DNA of 64,000 nt, taken from positions 128,001 to 192,000 of the forward strand of contig CAVSGO010000008.1 of the NCBI GenBank assembly GCA_963727525.1, given 5' to 3'. The notes beneath the pieces were generated by a model, which was not told where the DNA came from, made no database searches, and was given only the letters and a program-made list of their open reading frames with translations. The translations under genes were made by a program, and so were the position numbers. Shown one piece after another: positions 44,729-54,093 of the stretch. Source of the DNA: an uncultured bacterium. Lineage in GTDB: Bacteria; Krumholzibacteriota; Krumholzibacteriia; LZORAL124-64-63. Every line of letters starts with the position of its first letter. Within the stretch, counting starts at the first letter, position 1.

Positions 44729-46629
44729 GTGCCGGCGCCGTCCTGGTGCAGGTCGCGGTGATCGTCGCCTTGCCGACGCTCGCCGGGCTGAGCCTGATGG
44801 CGGTGGGCTCGCGCCATGGTCGTCAGCCGGTGAGCGCGTGGATCGCCGCCGGCGCGGCTGCGGTGGCGGCGCTGCTGGCGGTGCGCCTCGTTGCCTGGGC
44901 GGCCACTGGGGGTGCGTCCGCGCTGCCCGTGGGTGGTCAGCATGCGTGGCTCACTTCCGACAACGTCGCGATCGCCGTGGGTGTGCATGTCGATGGTGCC
45001 GCGCTGGCGCTGCTGTTGCTGACGACGGTCGTGCCGATGCTCGTGCTCGTCCACCGCGCTTCGCAGCCTGCGGACGTGCCCGACGCGGCGCCGGCCGCCG
45101 TACTCCTGCATGCGGCAGCGCTTGGCGGACTCGGCGTGGCCAGCGGACTCATTCCCCTCGTGACGTTCTGGTTGCTGGGCGGACTCGCCGCCGCCGTGCT
45201 CGTGGCGACGGGGCAGCCGCGCGCCACGGCGCTGGCGGCAGGCCGCGGCCTCTTCCTGGCCGAGGTCGTGGGCGTGATGGGGCTGGGACTGGCGGCCGTG
45301 ATCTGCCGTGTCGTCTGCTCGCCGGCCGATCCGTTCTCGCCCGCGACCACGCCGCTCGCGAGCGCGTGGCCGGCCGGGCCGATGCGGTCCCTGGCCGGGG
45401 CCGGGCTCCTGCTCGCGGCGGCCGCGCGCGCGTCGCAGTTGCCGCTCGCGTGGTGGCTGCCACGCGGGGGTGTGGCGCCGGCGTCGGCGCGCGCCGTCCT
45501 GCTGAGCGGTATGCACGGCGCGAGTGGACTCGTGCTCCTGTTGCGCTTCAACCTGCTCATGGACATGCCGGTGCGGATCGCCGCGCTCACACTGGGCGGG
45601 ACAACCGCGTTCGTACTCGCGTGCGTGGGGTTGGCACAGACGTCGCGGTCGCGCGCGGTGGGGAGCCTGGCTGCCCTGTCGCTCGCCGCGGCCCTCAGCG
45701 TGCTCGGCGCCGGGGGCGATCCTCGCACGGTGCTCGTACTCCTGCTCTCGCAGACGCCGGCGCTTGCCGTGCTGGCGCTGGTCACCGAAGGAAGCCTGAT
45801 CGGACGGCGCGGCACGACCGTCGCCTGGGTGATCGCGGCCACGGTGGTGGTGGGAATGCCCGGCACGGGCGGATTCCTCGCCTGGCGCGATGCGCTGGGC
45901 ACCCTGTTCACCGAGTCGGCACCCCTGCTCGTGGCCTTCGTGGTGCTCTGGCTGAGTCGTGTGGCGACTGTCGCGGTGCTCGTGCGATGGTGGCTGCACG
46001 ATCGGATGCGCAGCGAGTCGGCGGCACCGGCTGCGCCGGCTCCGGGGGGCGCGTTGATGGCGCTCGCGATATTCGCCTTGGCGAGCCTGCTCTGGCATGG
46101 CAGTGGTGGGGGCTGGTTGAGTCGGTTGCTCAATGCTGATCCGCAGGCCTCGCTGTTTCTGCCGCCGCCGTTGCCGTTCTGGCTGGCGGCTGCGCTACCG
46201 CTGGCCGCGATCGTCGTCGGCGCGCTGCTCGGCTGGACGGGGCGCACACGCTCGCCGGCTGAGGGATGGCCCTGGCCGCCGGCGCTGCACCACGTGCCGG
46301 CACGGCTGCGTCTGATGGTGGCCGGGCCGGGGCCGCTGGCCGCGGCGATGTCGCATGCATTGACGACGGTGGCGCGTGCCGTGGCGGGCTGCGACCGGGT
46401 CGTGGCCGTGGGCATCGTCGACGGTTGCGGCTGGATCGTGAGGGTCGTGGCGCGGATGGTCATGCTGATCGACCAGGGGCTCACTCGTCTCTTGACGGAA
46501 GGCACGGAACTGGTCTTCGATCGTGCCGGAGCGGCGATGCAGAGGGTGCAGACCGGTCGGCTCCGCGACGGCATGATCGTGGCCGTGGCCGTGGGAGTGG
46601 GCGTGGTGCTCGTCATGGTGGCGCGGTGA
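44725..46629 (+). CDS. nuoL: Degenerate NuoL-like antiporter subunit
   Basis: VDGAAL, SQLPLAWWLP, GMPGTGGF, C-terminal IDQG...QRVQTGRL; TTG start. Confidence 0.72.
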   Translation: MSAGAVLVQVAVIVALPTLAGLSLMAVGSRHGRQPVSAWIAAGAAAVAALLAVRLVAWAATGGASALPVGGQHAWLTSDNVAIAVGVHVDGAALALLLLTTVVPMLVLVHRASQPADVPDAAPAAVLLHAAALGGLGVASGLIPLVTFWLLGGLAAAVLVATGQPRATALAAGRGLFLAEVVGVMGLGLAAVICRVVCSPADPFSPATTPLASAWPAGPMRSLAGAGLLLAAAARASQLPLAWWLPRGGVAPASARAVLLSGMHGASGLVLLLRFNLLMDMPVRIAALTLGGTTAFVLACVGLAQTSRSRAVGSLAALSLAAALSVLGAGGDPRTVLVLLLSQTPALAVLALVTEGSLIGRRGTTVAWVIAATVVVGMPGTGGFLAWRDALGTLFTESAPLLVAFVVLWLSRVATVAVLVRWWLHDRMRSESAAPAAPAPGGALMALAIFALASLLWHGSGGGWLSRLLNADPQASLFLPPPLPFWLAAALPLAAIVVGALLGWTGRTRSPAEGWPWPPALHHVPARLRLMVAGPGPLAAAMSHALTTVARAVAGCDRVVAVGIVDGCGWIVRVVARMVMLIDQGLTRLLTEGTELVFDRAGAAMQRVQTGRLRDGMIVAVAVGVGVVLVMVAR

Positions 46630-46669
46630 GTCCGGCACACGGGTGCGCCGAACGCCGGGAGCGACGAAC

Positions 46670-48169
46670 GTGATACCGTCCTACTTGCTGTCGTGGATGA
46701 TCTTCGTGCCGCTGGGCGGCGCGGCGGTGATCGCGTGCCTGCCGGCGCGACGGCACGAGGTGATCCGCACGGTGGCGGCCTGCACGTCGGCGCTGCCGCT
46801 GGTGATGGGCGTGATCCTGCTGCTGCGCTTCCGGGCCGACGCCGTGACCTTCCAGTTCGTCGAGCACTACACGTGGATTCCTGCGTTCGGTATCGAGTAC
46901 TTCGTGGGCGTGGACGGTATCAGCCTGCCGTTGCTCGCGCTCACCGTACTGCTGGTGTTCCTCGCGCTCGTGACGTCGTGGCGCGTGGGGCAGGCCGTGA
47001 AGGGCTACTTCGCACTCATCCTCGTGCTGGAGACCGGTCTCATCGGCGCGTTCGGCGCGCTCGACGCGTGCCTGCTGTGGGTGTTCTGGGAAGTCGTGCT
47101 GGTGACGGTGTTCTTCCTGGTGGCCTTCTGGGGGCAACCCGGCCGCGAGACCGCCGCCACGCGCTTTCTCATCACCACGCAGGTCGGCGCCATGCTGCTG
47201 CTCATCGCGATCCTTGCGCTCCGGCAGCACGTGTCCGATCCCGTGACGGGTCGGCCGACGTTCAACCTCATCCTGCTGATGGATCAGGCGAATCACGACC
47301 AGTGGCTTTCGGTGGTGGCGACGCGCCATCTGCTGTGGTGCGGCATCGCGCTGGGCTGCGCGGCGCTGCTGCCGGTGGTGCCTCTGCACGTCTGGCTGCC
47401 ATCGTTGCATACACACGCCCAGCCCTCGATCTCGCTGCTCGTGGCCGGCGTGGTGGTGAAGCTGGGGGCCTACGGACTGCTGCGCATCGCCCTGCCCGTG
47501 CTGCCCGACGCCACGGCGTGGGGTGCGCCGGTCCTCGTGTGGCTGGGCGTGGTCGGCGTGCTCTGGGGCGGGTTCTGCGCTCTGGCAGCCGGCGAGCTGA
47601 GTCGCGTGGTGGCGTTCGGCAGCCTGAGCATCCTGAGTTTCGTGCCGCTGGGACTGGGGTCGCTCACGTCCGAGGGCCTGCACGGCGCCGCCGCGCTGCT
47701 GGTTGGCCACGGGCTCGTGCTGGGCATGCTCTTCGTGGCCGTGGGCGGGCTGCGCGACCGCGCCGGCCACCTCGACCTGCCGCGCTGGGGTGGTCTCTAC
47801 CGCCGCGCGCCGGTGCTCGCCGCGTTCTTCACCGCCGCCCTGCTGGCCGTGGTGGGCTTGCCGGGACTCGCCGTGTTCCCCGGCGTGGTGCTCGTGCTGC
47901 TGGGCGCCTTCGCGCGCGCGCCGCTGACGGCGGTGCTCGCCGCCGGCGGTCTCGTACTCGGCGCGTCGTGGGTGGTGCGCGTGGTGCTGCAAGTGTGCCT
48001 ACGCGAGCCGGTCGTCGACCTCGGCGACAACCCCGCGATCACGGCGCCGGAACTGGGTGTGATGGTGCCCCTCGGCGCACTCGTCCTGGCCCTCGGCCTG
48101 TATCCGCAACCCCTCCTCGTCATGGGCCGCACCGTGCTCGACGCTCTGCTGGCGGCGATCGGCGGCTAG
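46670..48169 (+). CDS. nuoM: NuoM-like antiporter subunit (partly degenerate)
   Basis: FQFVE...WIP.FGIEY.VGVDGIS, FWE, PLHVWLP..H, AGVVVKLGAYG, GLPG, LGLYP. Confidence 0.85.
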   Translation: MIPSYLLSWMIFVPLGGAAVIACLPARRHEVIRTVAACTSALPLVMGVILLLRFRADAVTFQFVEHYTWIPAFGIEYFVGVDGISLPLLALTVLLVFLALVTSWRVGQAVKGYFALILVLETGLIGAFGALDACLLWVFWEVVLVTVFFLVAFWGQPGRETAATRFLITTQVGAMLLLIAILALRQHVSDPVTGRPTFNLILLMDQANHDQWLSVVATRHLLWCGIALGCAALLPVVPLHVWLPSLHTHAQPSISLLVAGVVVKLGAYGLLRIALPVLPDATAWGAPVLVWLGVVGVLWGGFCALAAGELSRVVAFGSLSILSFVPLGLGSLTSEGLHGAAALLVGHGLVLGMLFVAVGGLRDRAGHLDLPRWGGLYRRAPVLAAFFTAALLAVVGLPGLAVFPGVVLVLLGAFARAPLTAVLAAGGLVLGASWVVRVVLQVCLREPVVDLGDNPAITAPELGVMVPLGALVLALGLYPQPLLVMGRTVLDALLAAIGG

Positions 48170-48268
48170 CGGCGAGCCGGGTGGTCACGGTGTGACGGCG
48201 CGGCACGCTTCCCGGCACACGGACCGTCGTTTGCAGCGGTTTTGCGGCCGGAATCGTGGGCTGGGCGT

Positions 48269-48284
48269 GGGCACGCCGGTTGCC
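48269..48284 (+). promoter_or_regulatory. Sigma54 (-24/-12) promoter of the OMP-DUF4390-two-component operon
   Basis: GGGCACG-CCGG-TTGCC with exact GG-N10-GC, about 85 nt upstream of ATG 48369. Confidence 0.55.
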
Positions 48285-48368
48285 ATATAGTACGAAAGCA
48301 CCGAAGACGCGCGGCACCGGCCGCGGCCCTGACAACGACAGCCGTAACCGGCGCGAGGACGTTGCCTG

Positions 48369-49715
48369 ATGAGGACGATCCGCCAACTCCCGCAGATCCT
48401 GGGACTCGCCCTCGTGGCGACGGCGCTGCTGGCGTCCTCGCCGGCCGCCAGGTCGGCCCCCGTCGCGACCGAGCCGAGCTTCTCGCTCGAGACCATCCGG
48501 ATCGTGCCCGACGACCGCGAGACGGTGGCGATCGTGAGCCGCGACCTGCCGGTGCGCACGGGCCAGACCGTCACCGCCGGCATCCTCGTGCAGACGCGCG
48601 ACTACCTCACCGGATCGGGGCACTACCGCACCGTGGACGTGTACACGGAGCGCGGCAGCCGTCCGGGCGCCATCGTGCTGGTCGTGGAAGTGGAGCGCGC
48701 GCGCGCGGTTCGTCTCGAGACAGGGCTCGGCTTCGAACCGCTGAGGAGCTGGTACCTCAACATCATCGGCATGCGGGTCGTGAGCCCCCTCGGCCGCGGC
48801 GGCCTCTTCCGGGCCGGCTTCCATCAGGGTCTGCGCAGCGGTGGACTGTATCTCGACCTCGACGTTCCCGCGCTCCTGGGCCCTGGCCTCGACCTCGTGG
48901 CCGACGGCGGCGCCTACGAGGAACTGTGGGACGTGCCTGCCCGCGATGTGGCCTACTACCAGTCGATCTGGCACTTCCGTCTGGTGCCGGGCGTACGCAA
49001 ACGCCTGCGTGACGGCCCGTCCATGTTGCTGTGGTCGGGATTCTCGAGTTCACGCGTCGATCGCGAGTTGCAGAGCGACGACCAGGACGCGCCCGACGTC
49101 GACCCGGCCGCCCTCGTCCCGCAGATTCCGCACACCACGAGTTTCTGGGAGAGCCGGCTCGAGGTGCAGCTCGATCGTCGCGACCCCCTGCGCCCCTGGC
49201 AGGCGGGACACTGGCTGGGCTGGACGCTGAAGGGCGCCCTCAGCGATCGCGGCGACGGGTTCTGGGGTACGTCAGTCGATGCCCACGTGGCCGTGCCCGT
49301 GGTGGGGAACGCCGCGGCCGCTTTCCGCGCGCGGGCCGACTATGCCGGTCCCGGCACGCCCTATTACATGCGTCCGATCCTCGGTGGCGTGCGCAGTCTG
49401 CGTGGCTTCACGATGGGCGGACTCAGCGGCCCGCGCGGTGCACGTGCCACCTGGCAGGTCAACGGCGAGTGGCGACAACCGCTGGCAGGGCGTGACCCGC
49501 GGCGGCCTGCCGTCATCGGCACCGTGTTCGCAGACGTGGGCCAGTTCTGGGACGCCGACGGGGCGTCGCACGCGCTCGCGGCCAGCATCGGGTACGGCGC
49601 GCTCTTTCGCATCCGCTGGCTGCAGACCGTCAACGTGGAGATCGCGTATCCAATCACGAGGGACCTGACGGGCAATCCCGTGGTCCTGCACGTCAGTCTG
49701 GGCAGGTCGTTCTAG
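48369..49715 (+). CDS. Omp85 (BamA/TamA-like) outer membrane protein
   Basis: Signal peptide, one POTRA-like segment, LGG.RSLRGF motif, C-terminal SLGRSF. Confidence 0.78.
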   Translation: MRTIRQLPQILGLALVATALLASSPAARSAPVATEPSFSLETIRIVPDDRETVAIVSRDLPVRTGQTVTAGILVQTRDYLTGSGHYRTVDVYTERGSRPGAIVLVVEVERARAVRLETGLGFEPLRSWYLNIIGMRVVSPLGRGGLFRAGFHQGLRSGGLYLDLDVPALLGPGLDLVADGGAYEELWDVPARDVAYYQSIWHFRLVPGVRKRLRDGPSMLLWSGFSSSRVDRELQSDDQDAPDVDPAALVPQIPHTTSFWESRLEVQLDRRDPLRPWQAGHWLGWTLKGALSDRGDGFWGTSVDAHVAVPVVGNAAAAFRARADYAGPGTPYYMRPILGGVRSLRGFTMGGLSGPRGARATWQVNGEWRQPLAGRDPRRPAVIGTVFADVGQFWDADGASHALAASIGYGALFRIRWLQTVNVEIAYPITRDLTGNPVVLHVSLGRSF

Positions 49716-49719
49716 CACG

Positions 49720-50361
49720 ATGCTTCGGGGGTGGTGGCATCGCGGGATCTTCATGGTCGCGCTCGTGAGCGCGACGGCGCTGGCCTATGCCGCGCAGCGA
49801 GGTGAGATCGTGAGCTTGCACCCCTATCGCGACACCGGCTGGTTGCGCCTCGACCTGCGTGCGCGCAACCTCCTCGACGACCGTACCGTGTCAACCATCG
49901 AGAGCGGGTTGCCAGGCACCTGCGTCTTCCATCTGCGCGTGGAGAACCGCGACGGTGAGGTGGTGGTGGAACGGCTGGTCGAGCTGAGCCTGCGCTTCGA
50001 TCTGTGGGAGAACCACTACGTGCTCGATGGTGAGGGCGAGTCGCTCACCCTGCCATCGCTGGCCGCGGCCGACTCTGCCTGGTCCACATTGCACGGTCAG
50101 CGCCTCTGTGCGCTCGACCGACTCGCCCCGCAGGACGAGTACCGCGTCCTGGTGCGCACGGCCGTGCAACCACTGGCGCCCGAGGATCGCGAGCGTCTGA
50201 GCCACTACGTGAGCCGCAACAGCGGGGGCGGAGGCGAGGAGGTGGCGCTGGATCTGGGTGCCCTCATCAGCGGCATCTTCGGGCGTCACGGCAGTGGCGA
50301 GCGCATCGTGGAATACGCCGGCCGCTACTTCCGGCGCGACGACCTGGAGGTCCGGCCATGA
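49720..50361 (+). CDS. DUF4390-like periplasmic protein
   Basis: Signal peptide; TIESGLP, LRFDLWENHY; typical position before an NtrY/NtrX pair. Confidence 0.65.
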   Translation: MLRGWWHRGIFMVALVSATALAYAAQRGEIVSLHPYRDTGWLRLDLRARNLLDDRTVSTIESGLPGTCVFHLRVENRDGEVVVERLVELSLRFDLWENHYVLDGEGESLTLPSLAAADSAWSTLHGQRLCALDRLAPQDEYRVLVRTAVQPLAPEDRERLSHYVSRNSGGGGEEVALDLGALISGIFGRHGSGERIVEYAGRYFRRDDLEVRP

Positions 50362-51842
50362 GCCTGCGCTTGCGCCTCGCCATGCTGATGGCCTTGCTCA
50401 CGGTGTTGCCGACGCTCCCGGCGGCCCTGGTGGCGCGCAACGTCATCTCCCGCACACTCGATCTCGGCTTCTCCACCGACGTGGATGCCGCGCTCGACGC
50501 CGGCGTGCGTCAGGCGCGGGCGAACTTCGTGCTGCAGCGCGCGGCCCTCGGCGATTCCCTCGCGACCTGGGCGCGCGAGACGCTCGGCGAGGATCTCGAT
50601 CCCGCCGCGGTGCGCGGGCTCCCGGCCGACGATCCGCGCCTCGTCACCGCTCCCGGTGCCTGCGTGTTGCTCGACGAAGGCGACGGCCGGGTGCGCGTCG
50701 TGCGCGGCGATCCGCGGCACATGGTCGAACCTGGGACGTCGGCGCCCGACGAGCCTCCCCATCTCGTGTCGGCCACCATTGCGCTGTCCGGTGGTGGCTC
50801 GCTGGAAGCCCGTGCGCCTGTCGCGGCCACCTGGCGCGCCGACGCCCGCCAGCTCGCGACGAGCCTGCAAGCCATGCGCGGCCTGCAGGTGCAACGCGTG
50901 GAGCTGGAGCGCGGCTTCTGGCTGCCGTTCCTGGCGATCGTCGTCATCGGGCTCGTGGCTGCGCTGGCGGCGGCCGCGTGGTTGAGCCGCGGCCTCACCG
51001 TGCCCCTCGGTCACCTCGACGCCGCCGCCCGCGCGGTGGCGGCGGGATCCTGGGACGTGCAGGTGCCGCCCACCGGCAGCGGCGAACTGCGGCAGCTCGG
51101 GACGCGCTTCAATGCCATGGTGCGCACCCTCGACGCCCAGTCGCGCCGGCTCGTGGATCTGGAGACCATGGCCGGTTGGCGCGAGATGGCCCGCGCGCTG
51201 GCTCACGAGGTGAAGAACCCGCTCACGCCCATCCAGCTCACCGTGGAGGAGATCCGCGAGCGCTACCACGGTGACGATCCCGAGTACCGCACGTTGCTCG
51301 AGGAGTGCACGCGGATCATCGTGCACGAGGTGGAGAGCTTGCGCAACGTGGTGACTCGCTTTCGCGAATTCTCGCGGCCGGTGGAGCCGCACTTCGCCCC
51401 CGTAGACCTGAATCGGCTCGTCACGGAGATCGGCGCCCTGCAGCGCGACATGCGCGTGGAGGTGGACACGGCCCCCGATCTCGCGCCCATCCTCGCGGAC
51501 GACGACCAGTTGCGCCAGATGCTCATGAACCTGGCGCGCAATGCCCAGCAGGCCACCGCCGACCAGGCCGAGCCGCGCCTGCGTCTCGCCACTCGGGCCA
51601 CGCCGACGGGGGCGGTGGTCACCGTCGAGGACAGTGGTGACGGCGTGCCGGCGGCCGAGCGCGAGCGCATCTTCGAACCCTACCGCACCGGCAAGAGCGG
51701 CGGTCTGGGCCTGGGACTGGCGCTGGTCAAGGGCATCGTGCTGGCCCATGGCGGCGTGATCCGCGTGGACGACGGACCCAGGGGCGGCGCCCGCTTCGTG
51801 ATCGAGCTGCCGCGGGATCCCAACCCCAGGAGCGACGCATGA
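50358..51842 (+). CDS. NtrY-like sensor histidine kinase (HAMP)
   Basis: WREMARALAHEVKNPLTPI H-box, NLARNA, DSGDG, GLGLGL. Confidence 0.92.
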   Translation: MSLRLRLAMLMALLTVLPTLPAALVARNVISRTLDLGFSTDVDAALDAGVRQARANFVLQRAALGDSLATWARETLGEDLDPAAVRGLPADDPRLVTAPGACVLLDEGDGRVRVVRGDPRHMVEPGTSAPDEPPHLVSATIALSGGGSLEARAPVAATWRADARQLATSLQAMRGLQVQRVELERGFWLPFLAIVVIGLVAALAAAAWLSRGLTVPLGHLDAAARAVAAGSWDVQVPPTGSGELRQLGTRFNAMVRTLDAQSRRLVDLETMAGWREMARALAHEVKNPLTPIQLTVEEIRERYHGDDPEYRTLLEECTRIIVHEVESLRNVVTRFREFSRPVEPHFAPVDLNRLVTEIGALQRDMRVEVDTAPDLAPILADDDQLRQMLMNLARNAQQATADQAEPRLRLATRATPTGAVVTVEDSGDGVPAAERERIFEPYRTGKSGGLGLGLALVKGIVLAHGGVIRVDDGPRGGARFVIELPRDPNPRSDA

Positions 51843-53209
51843 ATCCGAGCATCCTCGTCGTCGACGACGAGCACAACATCCGCCGCAGCTTCGAGATCAT
51901 CCTCGGCGGCGCCGGCTTCACGGTCCGCGGCGCGGCGAGCGGGGAGGAGGGGCTCGAGGCGATCGCGGCCACCGTGCCCGACGTGCTCTTCCTCGACCTC
52001 CAGCTGCCGGGACTCGACGGCCTGGAGGTGCTGCGCCGCGTGCGCGCCGGTCATCCCGACCTACCGGTCGTCATGATCTCGGGCCACGCCACGATCGAGC
52101 GCGCGGTGGAGGCCACGCGCCTGGGGGCGTTCGACTTCGTGGAGAAGCCCTTCGGCCGTGAGCGCATCCTCGTGCTCGCGCGCAACGCCGCCGAATCGAG
52201 CACGCTGCGGCGCGAGGTGGCACGCCTGCGCGACGAGAAGCACGGCGCGATCCTCGGCGAGAGCCCGGCAATCCGCGAGCTGCGCGAGACGGTGGCGCGC
52301 GTGGCGGCCACGGGCACGCGCGTGCTCATCCTCGGCGAGAGCGGCACCGGCAAGGAACTCGTGGCCCGGGCTCTGCATGATGGCAGCACACGGGCGCGCA
52401 AGCCTTACGTGCGCGTGAACTGTGCCGCCATTCCCGAGGAGCTGATCGAGGCCGAGCTATTCGGCGCCGTGAAGGGCGCCTACACCGGCGCCGTGGCCGC
52501 GCGCGAGGGCCGCTTCGCCGCGGCCGACGGCGGCACGCTCTTTCTCGACGAGATCGGCGACATGAGCCTGCGCGCCCAGGCCAAGGTGCTGCGTGTGCTG
52601 CAGGAGGGCGAGTACGAGCCGGTGGGCAGCATGCAGACGCGCAAGGTGGATGTGCGCGTGGTCGCCGCCACCCACCAGGACCTCGCCGTCAAGGTCCGCG
52701 ACGGCGCGTTCCGCGAGGATCTCATGTTCCGCCTCAACGTGATCCCGATCCTCATGCCGCCGCTGCGCGTGCGCGAGGGCGACGTCCGACTGCTCGGCGA
52801 GCACTTCCTCGCGCACTACGCCGCGCGCCACGAGCTCCCGGCGCCGTCCCTCACGGGCGCGGCCTGGCGTCTGCTCGAGGCCTATGGGTGGCCCGGCAAC
52901 ATCCGGGAGCTGAAGAACCTCGTCGAGCGTCTCGTGATCCTGGGGGGCGGCGGCGGGATCGGCCCGGACGGCCTGCCGCACGAGATGCGCGGTACGGAGG
53001 CGACGGCCCGCCCAGACTCGGGCGCGACCACGGTGGCCGCGTACGATCATCTGCCCCTGCGCGATGCCCGCGACGCCCTCGAGCGCGATCTCATCCGCGC
53101 CGCCCTCGAACGCCATGCCGGCAACGTGTCGCGCGCGGCCGCCGATCTCGGTCTCGAACGCACGCACCTGCACAAGCGCATCCGGGCCCTCGGTCTGCGC
53201 GACGATTGA
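51839..53209 (+). CDS. NtrX/NtrC-like sigma54-dependent response regulator
   Basis: REC (VVDDE, LD, K); GESGTGKE, GAYTGA, LFLDEIG, WPGNIREL; Fis-type HTH. Confidence 0.94.
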   Translation: MNPSILVVDDEHNIRRSFEIILGGAGFTVRGAASGEEGLEAIAATVPDVLFLDLQLPGLDGLEVLRRVRAGHPDLPVVMISGHATIERAVEATRLGAFDFVEKPFGRERILVLARNAAESSTLRREVARLRDEKHGAILGESPAIRELRETVARVAATGTRVLILGESGTGKELVARALHDGSTRARKPYVRVNCAAIPEELIEAELFGAVKGAYTGAVAAREGRFAAADGGTLFLDEIGDMSLRAQAKVLRVLQEGEYEPVGSMQTRKVDVRVVAATHQDLAVKVRDGAFREDLMFRLNVIPILMPPLRVREGDVRLLGEHFLAHYAARHELPAPSLTGAAWRLLEAYGWPGNIRELKNLVERLVILGGGGGIGPDGLPHEMRGTEATARPDSGATTVAAYDHLPLRDARDALERDLIRAALERHAGNVSRAAADLGLERTHLHKRIRALGLRDD

Positions 53210-53222
53210 GAGAGGACACGCC

Positions 53223-53855
53223 ATGATGCTGCGCATGCTGGTCGTCGGGTTCGCGGTGGCGACCGGTGTCGTCGGTCATGCCGATGCCGGCGACGCCGCG
53301 ACACGATCCGGCGAGGACACGGGGATCTACGTGGGTATCGGGATCACGCGCGATTGGTTCGATGTCGATCTCGACGAGAGGGCAGCCGCGCGCGACGCGG
53401 GTATCACCTTCGATCACTGGGGCACCGGCATCGGACTCGTGGTCGGTTACGGCATCGGACCTCGCTTCCGCGCCGAGCTGTCCATGGAGGGCGTGCCACG
53501 CCAGGCGCATCCGGACGGAAGCGATGTCTCCGAGGGTATGATGCGTCTTTCGGCCATCGTACCATTCGTCACCCATGGCTGGTGGCGCCCCCATCTGATC
53601 GCCGGTCTCGGCGTCACGGGAGTGGCCTACAAGGGCCCCGGACTCGACGAACGGATCTACGTCATGCCGCAGGGTCATGTGGGCGTGGGCGGACGTCTCA
53701 AGCTGGATGGACATCGCTTCCTGCAAACCGACGTGCTCCTCACCATCCTCGACGTTGCGCGCGAGTACGAGACCGGCGCCGACGACGCGACGCGCTATGT
53801 CGGTGGCATGGGACGTTCTTACACGCTGCGCTTCGCCTTCGACTGGGATTTCTGA
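53223..53855 (+). CDS. Small outer-membrane beta-barrel protein (OmpA/OmpW-like)
   Basis: Signal peptide; amphipathic strands; C-terminal FAFDWDF. Confidence 0.7.
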   Translation: MMLRMLVVGFAVATGVVGHADAGDAATRSGEDTGIYVGIGITRDWFDVDLDERAAARDAGITFDHWGTGIGLVVGYGIGPRFRAELSMEGVPRQAHPDGSDVSEGMMRLSAIVPFVTHGWWRPHLIAGLGVTGVAYKGPGLDERIYVMPQGHVGVGGRLKLDGHRFLQTDVLLTILDVAREYETGADDATRYVGGMGRSYTLRFAFDWDF

Positions 53856-54093
53856 CGGACGGTCGCGATGCGGGATGTTTGCGACCCGCAAGGGTGACGG
53901 ATGCGGGGAACCCCGTGACGCCGAGCAGACTTCCGTATACTTGATTGCGCTTTTTCCTCTCCACAAGAGACCATATTTACACAACTTACGTAATAACCCT
54001 AATTGACTCGGCATTATTTTCGGTCACACTCAGCCAACGGTCCTCGACTCGCCCCTTATCGGACCGACCGCGTTGATCGCAAAGGAGGACTCC

